64,000 nt of DNA, taken from positions 1-64,000 of IMG/VR virus record IMGVR_UViG_3300039452_000187. The stretch is one strand, 5' to 3'. The notes beneath the pieces are model-generated. The model saw only the letters and a list, made by a program, of their open reading frames with translations, had not been told where the DNA came from and ran no database searches. Shown here in pieces: positions 10,194-19,807 of this stretch. The DNA comes from a virus (Duplodnaviria > Caudoviricetes). The position numbers and the translations under genes are program-made. The stretch's first letter is position 1, and each line of letters begins with the position of its first letter.

Positions 10194-10793
10194 GGTATGA
10201 ACAATAAACACACTGGCATGGTGTTGTCAAGACAGAAGCATGAATAATTCATGCTGTCGTCAGCGCGGGGAAGGGTCGGATGGGAAGTGCCAGGCGGGGA
10301 CAGGCGGCGGCAGGCGGCCGGCCTGGTACGCTTCTTCGCCTATAAGTGTCCGCAAACGACGCAGGGAGTAGAGCCAGTAGTCCGGCCCGCGCCCTTCCCC
10401 TTGCTGCGCCGCATGCAGCCAATCCCAGCAGTCGAAGCACCAGCGAGCATCCCGGCCGCATTCGCGCCACTCGCACAGGCGCCAGGTGGCGAGTGGGAAT
10501 TGCTGCTCGTGCCAGCGACGGTGCTCGCGAGCCAGCTGCAGGCCAGCGTAGGCTTCTGCGCGCGAGGGGAAACGCTCCCGATCTTCAAGGCGACAATCCG
10601 GCGGCGTCAGGGCGGCGACAAAGAGGAGACAGGAGAAGGCGTTGGTGGGGAAGGGCATCGCTAGCGCTCTCGCAAGAGACGGATAGCGGTCTGCAGTTCT
10701 GCGAAGTGCTCGGTGTAAGACGGGTCCGTGGGATCCTGGAGGATTTGGCGGCGGCGGAATTCGCAAAGCTGGGCAGCGGCTTCGATAGGCATG

Positions 10794-11051
10794 TCAACAT
10801 TCCTCCCACACGCCGCGCTTCAGGTAGCCGTGCCAACTGGCTTGACCTTCGCCAACATCCTTATAGCCACTGGTTGCAATCGATGGAGCCGCTGTAATTG
10901 TTCCGTCTTCGTGCTCTGTAATCGAATGACCGGCCAGATTCGCCAGTAGGCCGTTGGGAGTCACGGCATACCAGAATCCCTCTTTAGCCTTCCAGTAGTC
11001 GCCGGGCTGGAAATTCAATCCTTCCGGCTCAGGAATGCGGCGGCCCTGCAT
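10794..11051 (-). CDS. DUF6527-like small protein
   Basis: HSITEHEDGTITAAPSI...WHGYLKRGVW resembles the T-x-x-PSI...H-x-x-x-x-x-G family pattern. Confidence 0.5.
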   Translation of the reverse strand: MQGRRIPEPEGLNFQPGDYWKAKEGFWYAVTPNGLLANLAGHSITEHEDGTITAAPSIATSGYKDVGEGQASWHGYLKRGVWEEC

Positions 11052-11087
11052 CGTGTCTCTTCCTCCGCGTCACTCGGTCCCGCTCGT

Positions 11088-11321
11088 TCAGATCGTGAAT
11101 TCCTTGCCGCAGCGCTCGCACGTCGAAATTGTGAAGTGCCACGGCTCCCCGTCTGCGCTGTCGTGGTAATCGTGGTAGCAGTCAAACAGGTTGCGGCCCA
11201 CCGACAGTTGGCAGACCGCTTCATCGCTCAAATGGAAGTACGCCAGAAACCAGAGCCGCCACGGCGCCAGGAACCGACGCAGACGAACAATACCAGGTAG
11301 GTGCAGCAAGCGCGACAGCAT
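11088..11321 (-). CDS. Phage hypothetical protein (HDYHD, CxxC)
   Basis: ORF with VC..S....YHDYHDS...P.HF...CERCGK.F. Confidence 0.55.
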   Translation of the reverse strand: MLSRLLHLPGIVRLRRFLAPWRLWFLAYFHLSDEAVCQLSVGRNLFDCYHDYHDSADGEPWHFTISTCERCGKEFTI

Positions 11322-11496
11322 AATGAATCCTTCGGCACCAGTGACAATTGGCTGTCACTATCCTAATGCTCGCTACAGGCGGTCGTCAAATGCGGAATTT
11401 CGGCGGCGTCTGCAAATGATCCTGGCTGGAAATCCCGGCGGCGGCGAGTAGCTTGGCAGAAGCAGCGCGACAACCTTTGCAAGAGAGGAACCATTC

Positions 11497-11916
11497 ATGA
11501 GAAGGACAGGAACGGCGGCGGCAGTGGTGGTTGGGTTGTTCTGTGCTGGCTGGTTGCTGGTGCCGACAGTTCAGGCCCACTATCCCCGGGTCTGGCACCC
11601 GCATGTTGCTGTGGTCTCGGCGGTCGTGTCGCCGGTCGTGGCCGTCTCGGTCGCCCCGGCGGTTCCGGTGGTTCCGGCTCCCACGGTGCCGGTTCCAATC
11701 GTCAACCCCGGCGCTGGTCCCGGCACGGCCACGGGAGTCAACCCGCCTTCGATCCCAACCGGCCAGCCCGGGACACTCGGCCAACTGGCCGCCACGGCGC
11801 CGGCCCTCACCGTCAGCCCGGCCACTTTGCAGGCGCTCAACCGTGTCGATGCGGCCACCGCCGCGCTGGACGGTAAGAGTGCCGATCTGCTTGCTGGCGT
11901 CCGGCTCGCGCGTTAG
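11497..11916 (+). CDS. Secreted Pro/Val-rich protein (moron)
   Basis: Signal peptide MRRTGTAAAVVVGLFCAGWLLVPTVQA; GAGGA RBS. Confidence 0.65.
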   Translation: MRRTGTAAAVVVGLFCAGWLLVPTVQAHYPRVWHPHVAVVSAVVSPVVAVSVAPAVPVVPAPTVPVPIVNPGAGPGTATGVNPPSIPTGQPGTLGQLAATAPALTVSPATLQALNRVDAATAALDGKSADLLAGVRLAR

Positions 11917-12128
11917 CCTTGATCGTTGACTCCCATCACGGATCCGCACCCTTGGCCCCGGCGGAAGGTGCGGGTTGTGTCGTCATGTTGGTGTCATGTT
12001 CTTGTGAGACGGCCAGAGCGGCTCAGCTGCGCGGCTGGTCGCTGCCGATAGCGAGGATAGCCGGCCGGCGCGGGCGGGTGGCGCTCACGCATGGTGTCCG
12101 GCACTGTTGGCCAAACAGAGGATCCTCT

Positions 12129-12797
12129 ATGTTCCGTCGTTCCCTTCCAGCCGTGATGCTGGGCTTGATTATCCTGCCGCCCTCAGCCGGCTTCGCTGGC
12201 GAACCGTGCCAGGCGTGTCAAAAACCGATCGTGGTGAACGTCCCGGCCCCGGAAATCACCATCCGCCAGGAAGCCGCGCCCGTGGTGGTGGAGCGGGCCG
12301 GGCTGCTCCGGTGCAGCTGGCCCCACCGGACGCACGCCTACGTGGTTCCGGCCGTGGCTCAGCCGATCGCGGCACCGGTGGCCGCTGCCAGCCTGATGCC
12401 AGCCGCGACTTTCATGCCGGCGGCTCCAATAGCCTCATTCGCGGCCATGCCGAGCTATGGTGCCCTGAACTATGGTGCCCTGGCGGCTCCGTTCTCCCTG
12501 CAACCCGCCGGCCCGGCCATGCTCCACCTGTCCCTTGCCGCTCCGGTCGCCGCGCCGGCTGCCTCCACGCCGACAGCCTCGGCGCCAACGCTGGCCGCAT
12601 CCGTACCGGGCGGCGACATCAACCAGGCCCTTCAGCGGATCACCGGCCAGATGGAGACGCTCACACGCATTATCGACCGCCACACCACCGTCCTGACCGC
12701 GCACGAGACGCGCCTGCAGCGGATGGAGGATTACCTGGCCAAGCCGATCTCGGAGCGGGACAAGGCGGCGCTGCCGCTGCCGAAAGCTCAGCCCTAG
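12129..12797 (+). CDS. Secreted Ala/Pro-rich protein with C-terminal coiled coil (moron)
   Basis: Signal peptide ending SAGFA, CQAC, coiled coil INQALQRITGQMETLTRII...LQRMEDYL. Confidence 0.7.
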   Translation: MFRRSLPAVMLGLIILPPSAGFAGEPCQACQKPIVVNVPAPEITIRQEAAPVVVERAGLLRCSWPHRTHAYVVPAVAQPIAAPVAAASLMPAATFMPAAPIASFAAMPSYGALNYGALAAPFSLQPAGPAMLHLSLAAPVAAPAASTPTASAPTLAASVPGGDINQALQRITGQMETLTRIIDRHTTVLTAHETRLQRMEDYLAKPISERDKAALPLPKAQP

Positions 12798-12836
12798 TCT
12801 GTCCCATCTCGTCTTTCGCTCTTCCCCTTGAGCGGA

Positions 12837-12877
12837 AAAGCGGCCCCCTCGAAGCCAAGAGCGCGGGCCGCTTTTTG
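12837..12877. terminator. Probable bidirectional intrinsic terminator
   Basis: AAAAGCGGCCC...GGGCCGCTTTTT hairpin downstream of 12797. Confidence 0.65.
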
Positions 12878-13002
12878 TTGCGCCCGTCCGCTTACGCCAG
12901 TTTGCGGCTGTCATGTTGTCATCATGCTGTTGTTAAGTTTTGTCATGCGTGCGGCCGATACCAGAAAGGAGGAGATTTCTACAGATTCGGAAGGGGTGGC
13001 TT

Positions 13003-13980
13003 ATGAAACGGATCTTGTTTTTCGCGTGTCTCCTGGCTATAGCCCTGTCCGCTTGCTCGACGACGCCTTGCTGTCCACAAAAGACAACAAGCGTGGCCTG
13101 CGAACCGTGTCCGGCAAGCGCGGGAGCGAAACCGGTGGCGGAACCGACGTGTCCCGTAGCGCCGCCCGCGGCTGCCACCCCGGCCGCGGCGGCGCCCGTT
13201 CCCTGCCCCCCGCCGCCGCCGCCCGTGGTGGAAGTGCGGCAGCAGCCCCAGCAGCAACAGGACATTCAGGTGCAGATGCCGGCTCCCAAAATCATCATCA
13301 ACACGCCGGCGCCGCAGACGATCACTCTGCCCGCTCAGCAGCCGGTATTGACTCAGCCGCCACAGATGCCGCAGCTGGCGTCCTACGGGATGCAAGCGAT
13401 ACCGGCTGGCGCCCAGGTGACGCAGATTCCGACCGGGCGGGCGCGGCTCGACCTGACGCTCGATTTGATTCGGATTCCGATTCCTATTCCCAGGTTCATC
13501 GCGGTTCCGACCACGCCGGAAGTTGTGCTGCCCGCCGTCGTGGGCGCGTACGGGGCGACACCGGCGGCTTTCCCGACGATGCCGATGGCGGCCGCACCGA
13601 TGATGCAGGCGGCTTACGCTCAGCCGGTGCAGCCGATGATGATGCAGCCCCAAATGATGCAACCCCAGATGATGGCCGCCGCCTACCAGCAGCCCGTGCA
13701 GACCATGCAGCCCATGATGATGCCGGCTCCGATGGTAGCACCGGCCGCGCCGCCCGCGATGCTGCCCGTCCAGGGCCAGTTAACGGTGCCTGTTGCTGGT
13801 CAGGTCCCGGCTCACCTACTTGGTCAAGCGGCCGTCGCTCCCACATTAGGGGCGGTACCCCCGGCCGCGCCAGCCGTCGCCCTCGATCCGCGCACCGCCG
13901 CCGAGTATTGCCGACAGGTGGAAGCTCTCAAGGCGGCTCTTGATGCTAGCGCCAAAGCGATGGGCTGTCAGCCCAAGTAA
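13003..13980 (+). CDS. Pro/Gln/Met-rich lipoprotein (moron)
   Basis: MKRILFFACLLAIALSA-C lipobox; low-complexity body. Confidence 0.75.
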   Translation: MKRILFFACLLAIALSACSTTPCCPQKTTSVACEPCPASAGAKPVAEPTCPVAPPAAATPAAAAPVPCPPPPPPVVEVRQQPQQQQDIQVQMPAPKIIINTPAPQTITLPAQQPVLTQPPQMPQLASYGMQAIPAGAQVTQIPTGRARLDLTLDLIRIPIPIPRFIAVPTTPEVVLPAVVGAYGATPAAFPTMPMAAAPMMQAAYAQPVQPMMMQPQMMQPQMMAAAYQQPVQTMQPMMMPAPMVAPAAPPAMLPVQGQLTVPVAGQVPAHLLGQAAVAPTLGAVPPAAPAVALDPRTAAEYCRQVEALKAALDASAKAMGCQPK

Positions 13981-14129
13981 GTGGCGTCCGTGACCCTGGC
14001 TGCCGCCCGGAGTGGCTCAACTACCCTTGATCGTTCTCCCGACTCCGGGCGGCGCTTTCTCCCTGCCGGTCTTTTCGTTACATCCTGCGAACCCGTCTTC
14101 TCTTCTTACTGTCCTGCCAACAGAATCTC

Positions 14130-14169
14130 TTGACGCTGGCTTGATCTTGCGCGTCAAGCTGCGTATTCT
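14130..14169 (+). promoter_or_regulatory. Sigma70 promoter of the RNA array with overlapping palindromic operator
   Basis: TTGATC(14141-46)-N17-TATTCT(14164-69); TTGACGC-N14-GCGTCAA (14130-14157) straddles the -35; predicted start ~14175 coincides with the first RNA stem. Confidence 0.7.
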
Positions 14170-14174
14170 GGATA

Positions 14175-14310
14175 AAAAGGATCGTTCCCAACGGCTGGAG
14201 CGTACAAACAAAAGATGCTTCGTAGTGGAGCGTCAGCCTTATAAGCTGAAAGGACGGGTGCGACTCCCGTTCTTTTGTTACCTCGCTTGAGCGACTTGAA
14301 CGGTCCTTTT
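14175..14310 (+). ncRNA. Y-like RNA 1 enclosing a whole tRNA-like cloverleaf (anticodon UAU)
   Basis: Outer stem AAAAGGATCGTTC/GAACGGTCCTTTT, CCAAC/GACTT internal loop, second stem, TACAAAC; cloverleaf 14207-14279 with TCAGC-CTTATAA-GCTGA and ACGGG-TGCGACT-CCCGT. Confidence 0.75.
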
Positions 14311-14317
14311 CTTACTT

Positions 14318-14394
14318 CGCGGGGTGGACTGGAGCCAGGTTTCCAGCACGGTCTCATAAGCCGTCTCACGCAGGTTCAAATCCTGCTCCCGCGA
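14318..14394 (+). tRNA. tRNA with CAU anticodon (Met or Ile2), atypical D arm, no encoded CCA
   Basis: CGCGGGG/TCCCGCG acceptor, ACGGT-CTCATAA-GCCGT, GCAGG-TTCAAAT-CCTGC. Confidence 0.85.
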
Positions 14395-14396
14395 CT

Positions 14397-14535
14397 GTCC
14401 GTGCCCGACAGTGAGAACGTACAAACTGCATGTGGGTTCGACTCCCATCTTCTTCGCAAGGAGAAGTAGCCTAACGGTAAGGCAAACCTCTGATAAAGGT
14501 TGATAGTGATTCCCGTTTTCATGACTTGCACGGAC
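14397..14535 (+). ncRNA. YrlA-like Y RNA with circularly permuted tRNA domain (anticodon GAU)
   Basis: GTCCGTGC/GCACGGAC outer stem, CCGAC/GACTT loop; T arm (GTGGG-TTCGACT-CCCAT), acceptor stem closed by GCAA, D arm (GCCT-AACGGTA-AGGC), anticodon arm (AACCT-CTGATAA-AGGTT). Confidence 0.85.
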
Positions 14536-14540
14536 GATTT

Positions 14541-14660
14541 TCCAGGAGTAGCAGATCAGGTTTGCTTTTGCGACTTGGATGCTCGGCGTCCTCAATGGCA
14601 GAAGCTTACATGCGTCAGCCCGCAAAGCTGAAGAAGCTGGTGCGATTCCAGCCTCCTGGA
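14541..14660 (+). ncRNA. tRNA-like RNA (anticodon GCA) with the Y-like module inserted in the D loop
   Basis: TCCAGGAG/CTCCTGGA acceptor, TCAGC-CCGCAAA-GCTGA, GCTGG-TGCGATT-CCAGC; insert GCTTTTGC-GACTT-GGATGC-tcg-GCGTCC-TCAAT-G-GCAGAAGC. Confidence 0.75.
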
Positions 14661-14695
14661 CTCTCCTTTTGGGTTGTTGCCTAAAGGGACATTGA

Positions 14696-14780
14696 TGGGG
14701 GAGTAGGCTTCATTCTGTTCCGGTGACTTGGACGCTTGGCGTCCCCAACGGTCGAAACATACAAACTCCTACCCACCCCA
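14696..14780 (+). ncRNA. Stand-alone permuted Y-like module RNA
   Basis: TGGGG..GTAGG/CCTAC..CCCCA outer stem; TGTTCCGGT-GACTT-GGACGC-ttg-GCGTCC-CCAAC-GGTCGAAACA-TACAAACT. Confidence 0.7.
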
Positions 14781-14794
14781 CCCGACTGTTTCGA

Positions 14795-14831
14795 GCGGTG
14801 CCGGCTTGATCGCGACCGGCACCGCCTTTTT
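14795..14831 (+). terminator. Intrinsic terminator between RNA array and protein genes
   Basis: GCGGTGCCGG/CCGGCACCGC 10-bp stem followed by CTTTTT. Confidence 0.7.
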
Positions 14832-14864
14832 CTATCCATCGCCACCTGTTCTGGAGGTCATGCG

Positions 14865-15188
14865 ATGCAGCAGCAACAGTTCAACCATCCCCATCAGCAG
14901 CAGCCAGGCGGCATCTTGGACGAGACGCTTGCCGCTACGGCCCACGCGCAAGCCCAGCAGCCCAACGGCGCCGCCACGCCTGTGCGGCTGCTCCATGCCC
15001 GGTTCGGCGGGCGCTCGCACGATATTCCGCTGAGCGTGCTCGATCTCGGGGACCAATCCGCCGACGCGCAGGTGATTGCCGCGCTCGCCAACCATCTGGA
15101 CGTGCCGCGCGAGAAGTTCGCCGCCTACGCGGTCGATCGCTCGCCCAACGGCAACTTCACCGTCCGGCCCGAAGCGGTGTTCGGGTGA
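14865..15188 (+). CDS. Ubiquitin-like (beta-grasp) small protein ending in Gly
   Basis: LHARFGGRSHDIPL (beta hairpin), helix DAQVIAALANHLDVP, terminal strand FTVRPEAVFG*; GGAGG RBS; E1 and JAB in the same operon. Confidence 0.7.
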   Translation: MQQQQFNHPHQQQPGGILDETLAATAHAQAQQPNGAATPVRLLHARFGGRSHDIPLSVLDLGDQSADAQVIAALANHLDVPREKFAAYAVDRSPNGNFTVRPEAVFG

Positions 15189-15439
15189 GCGACCGTTGCC
15201 GCATTGACGAGCATTGCGACTGCTGCGGTGACAAAAGACTGACGCGCGAAGTCCACTTACTTTTCCCAAGCGGCTATGGGGGCCACGTGACCCAACCGGT
15301 CCTGGCCTGTCACGAGTGCGCCTGCCGACAGCTTTACCTGATCGGCTTGAAGCTGACGCCAGAGCAGCTGTGTGAGCTTCGTCGCCAGTTAATGACCGCC
15401 AGAATCGATGCGGAAGATAGCTACACCGGGGGCGAATGA
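15185..15439 (+). CDS. Small Cys-rich Zn-binding protein
   Basis: CDCCG...CHECAC; GTGA overlap with the Ubl gene. Confidence 0.55.
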   Translation: MSDRCRIDEHCDCCGDKRLTREVHLLFPSGYGGHVTQPVLACHECACRQLYLIGLKLTPEQLCELRRQLMTARIDAEDSYTGGE

Positions 15440-15443
15440 AGCC

Positions 15444-17332
<1,889 letters not shown>

Positions 17333-17344
17333 GGATGGTGCCCC

Positions 17345-18259
17345 ATGCCGCGCCTGCGCACCCTCCCTCCTGGCTTTGACCGCCTCGCGGCCGCCGAGTC
17401 CGACTTTTTGCGCCAGCAGTTCCTCGCCCCGCGCCTGGCCAACCAACCCGTCCGCGTCCGCCTCGCCGGGGTGGTCTGTACGCTTCGCGTCGAGCCGGCC
17501 GCCTTCCAGGGCTGGGGCGTCTTCCAGCCTGTGACCTTGGCTCAGGCCCGGCTGGTGCGCCTCGCCTCGCTCCGGGAACGCACCGCCTATCTTTCGCTCT
17601 TCCCGCGCGTCCGCTTTGTCCTCTGTCGTCGCACTAACGACCAGTGGTACGGCTTGCTGGCCGGCGCCGACAGCCGGTTCCACCTGGTTGCGGCCGGCCC
17701 GGTGCCGTTGCAACTGGTGGATTGTCGGCAGTTGTTCGACACGGTTGTCTGTCGATTTGACGGCAGCCAGTTCTGGTGGGAACAGCCCGAGCCGCGCCGG
17801 GCCAAGCCCGCCGAGCAGCTGCGAGAGGCGCTGGCCGGGCTCCGCGAGCCGGAGGCGCTAGAGGTTTTGGGACTGACGCCGGTGGAACAGGCGGTTTACG
17901 AGGCCCATTATCGGGTGCGGCAGGCAGAGATCGCCGACTCGCTCCGCGACCGCACCGAGGAGCGGTTGGCGGCCGCGCTCGAGCATGCCGGGGCCACGTT
18001 GCAGGGGTACCGGGAACGAGAGGATGCGTTTACGGTGGAATACCTTGTGGACGGCGAGCGGCACACGTCGGTGCTCAGGAAGGACGATCTGCAAGTGCAG
18101 GCGGCCGGGATTTGTTTACGCGGCACTGATGGGCGGTTTGATCTGCAGTCGCTTGTGGGTGTTATCCGCGAGGCGAAGGACGGGCACCGGTTGGTGCGGG
18201 TCGGGATCGACAACCCGCATCAGTACCATGAGGACGAAGACCACGGAGACGAGCCATGA
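17345..18259 (+). CDS. Conserved-looking hypothetical protein, candidate divergent E2-like enzyme
   Basis: C-terminal helix plus beta meander ending AAGICLRGTDGRFDLQSLVGVIRE (Cys257); sits between TROVE and JAB/E1. Confidence 0.5.
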   Translation: MPRLRTLPPGFDRLAAAESDFLRQQFLAPRLANQPVRVRLAGVVCTLRVEPAAFQGWGVFQPVTLAQARLVRLASLRERTAYLSLFPRVRFVLCRRTNDQWYGLLAGADSRFHLVAAGPVPLQLVDCRQLFDTVVCRFDGSQFWWEQPEPRRAKPAEQLREALAGLREPEALEVLGLTPVEQAVYEAHYRVRQAEIADSLRDRTEERLAAALEHAGATLQGYREREDAFTVEYLVDGERHTSVLRKDDLQVQAAGICLRGTDGRFDLQSLVGVIREAKDGHRLVRVGIDNPHQYHEDEDHGDEP

Positions 18260-18431
18260 GTTGGGGTGAGAGCGACGACGAAAAATTCGGGCCGGAAGGC
18301 CGCTATGGGCGCTGGCTCTACGAGGACCACGCCACGGGCAAGTTCGCTGCTATGCGCCGTCGGCCCCGGCTTGTCCTTGGAGGAAGCCGAGCGGCGGGCT
18401 GGCACAGTGAACGCAGACCAAGGGGGCGGCG

Positions 18432-18686
18432 ATGCCTGACGAGCAGCAGATCGGTTATTTGTTGGACCGCTGGAAAGAACAGCTGCTGGACGCGGTGCGG
18501 CAAGGTTGCGTGGTCGCCTTTCGGCTGGAGCACGATGGTGGGGAGTTGCTGTTCGGCTATGACGACGAGCCACCGTTCTACGGTCCGATTGAGGGTTGCC
18601 GGTTGACGATCGAGATCGGTCGCTCGGCCATGAAGACGATTCACCGGGCACTGATAGCCGGGAAGACGGAGAGAAAAGCCACGTGA
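18432..18686 (+). CDS. Hypothetical protein
   Basis: ORF with RBS and GTGA overlap with the JAB gene. Confidence 0.5.
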   Translation: MPDEQQIGYLLDRWKEQLLDAVRQGCVVAFRLEHDGGELLFGYDDEPPFYGPIEGCRLTIEIGRSAMKTIHRALIAGKTERKAT

Positions 18687-19120
18687 GCACGACACCAAAA
18701 CCGACGCGAAAGCACAAGCGGAAGAAGAGTGGCGAGAACGAGGTCGCCAGTGTTCTGTTAGGGCGCCGCGCCGGCCGTCTCTGGCTCTGTCGAGCGTGTT
18801 GGGAGTGGACCGGGACTCCCGTCTCGGTGGAGTTTGCCGCCCAGCGTGTCCTCGAGGAAGAAGGCTATTTCGGGGACGTGATGGGCTTCTACCACACGCA
18901 CCCCAACATGCCGGCCCGGCCGAGTGAGCGTGACATCCGCACCATGCAAGCCTGGGTGGGCTGCCTGGGCAAGCCACTGTTGTGTCTTATCAGGGGCCGG
19001 GACGGTTTGCGTGGTTGGGTGTTCCGCGATGATGAGGACAAGGGCCAACCTCTCGTCGCGCTACTTTGGCAGGAGTCCTTTCAACCCGTGCCCATCTTCG
19101 CTGCCCTGACAAAGGAGTAG
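18683..19120 (+). CDS. JAB/MPN metallopeptidase
   Basis: NEVASVLLG...GFYHTHPNMPARPSERD gives the E...HxH..(7)..S..D JAMM motif. Confidence 0.88.
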   Translation: MSTTPKPTRKHKRKKSGENEVASVLLGRRAGRLWLCRACWEWTGTPVSVEFAAQRVLEEEGYFGDVMGFYHTHPNMPARPSERDIRTMQAWVGCLGKPLLCLIRGRDGLRGWVFRDDEDKGQPLVALLWQESFQPVPIFAALTKE

Positions 19121-19124
19121 CACT

Positions 19125-19778
19125 GTGAAACTCTACCGACACGAAGAAGCCTACCGTGGAGCCGCCGGCCTGGCCAAGCTTGCCAGCGCTAGGGTTGTCC
19201 TGTGCGGCGCCGGAGCGATCGGCAGCAACCTGGCCGATCAGCTGGCCCGCCAGGGCTGCTCCAACCTGGCCGCCATCGACCACGACCGCGTCGAGGAACA
19301 CAACATCGGTACCCAGCGCTATGCCCGGCACGATATCGGCAGTCTCAAGGCGCAGGCTCTGCAAGCCGCCGTGTTCGCGGCCACGGGCGCCGAGCTGGAA
19401 GCGGTGGACAAGCACCTGACGGAGAAGAATGCCCGGAAGCTGTTGCGGGCGGCGGACCTGGTGGTCGAGAGTTTCGATAACGCGAGGTCACGCCGGTTGG
19501 TCCAGGATACCTGCCGGGCATTGCCCAAACAGTGCCTGCACGTCGGTTTATTCGAGGGCTACGCGGAGGTTGTCTGGGATGACCGTTACCGCATCCCCAA
19601 GGATCCTCTGCGTGCCGGTACCGGCACCGCTGTGGACGTGTGCGACCTGCCCTTGGCTCGCAACCTCATCATGCTGGCCGTTACGGTCGCCGCCGAAGCT
19701 GTGGTGAGTTATCTGCTTTTCGGCCGGCACCGCTCCTTCACTATCACCTTGGACGATCTGCGCATCAGCGAAAGCTGA
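19125..19778 (+). CDS. ThiF/E1-like adenylyltransferase
   Basis: VVLCGAGAIGS, IDHDRVEEHNIGTQ, K, ESFDNARSR; candidate thioester Cys173 in DVCDLP. Confidence 0.92.
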   Translation: MKLYRHEEAYRGAAGLAKLASARVVLCGAGAIGSNLADQLARQGCSNLAAIDHDRVEEHNIGTQRYARHDIGSLKAQALQAAVFAATGAELEAVDKHLTEKNARKLLRAADLVVESFDNARSRRLVQDTCRALPKQCLHVGLFEGYAEVVWDDRYRIPKDPLRAGTGTAVDVCDLPLARNLIMLAVTVAAEAVVSYLLFGRHRSFTITLDDLRISES

Positions 19779-19807
19779 GCCACTGCTGCGCCGTACGGCG
19801 CAGCGTG

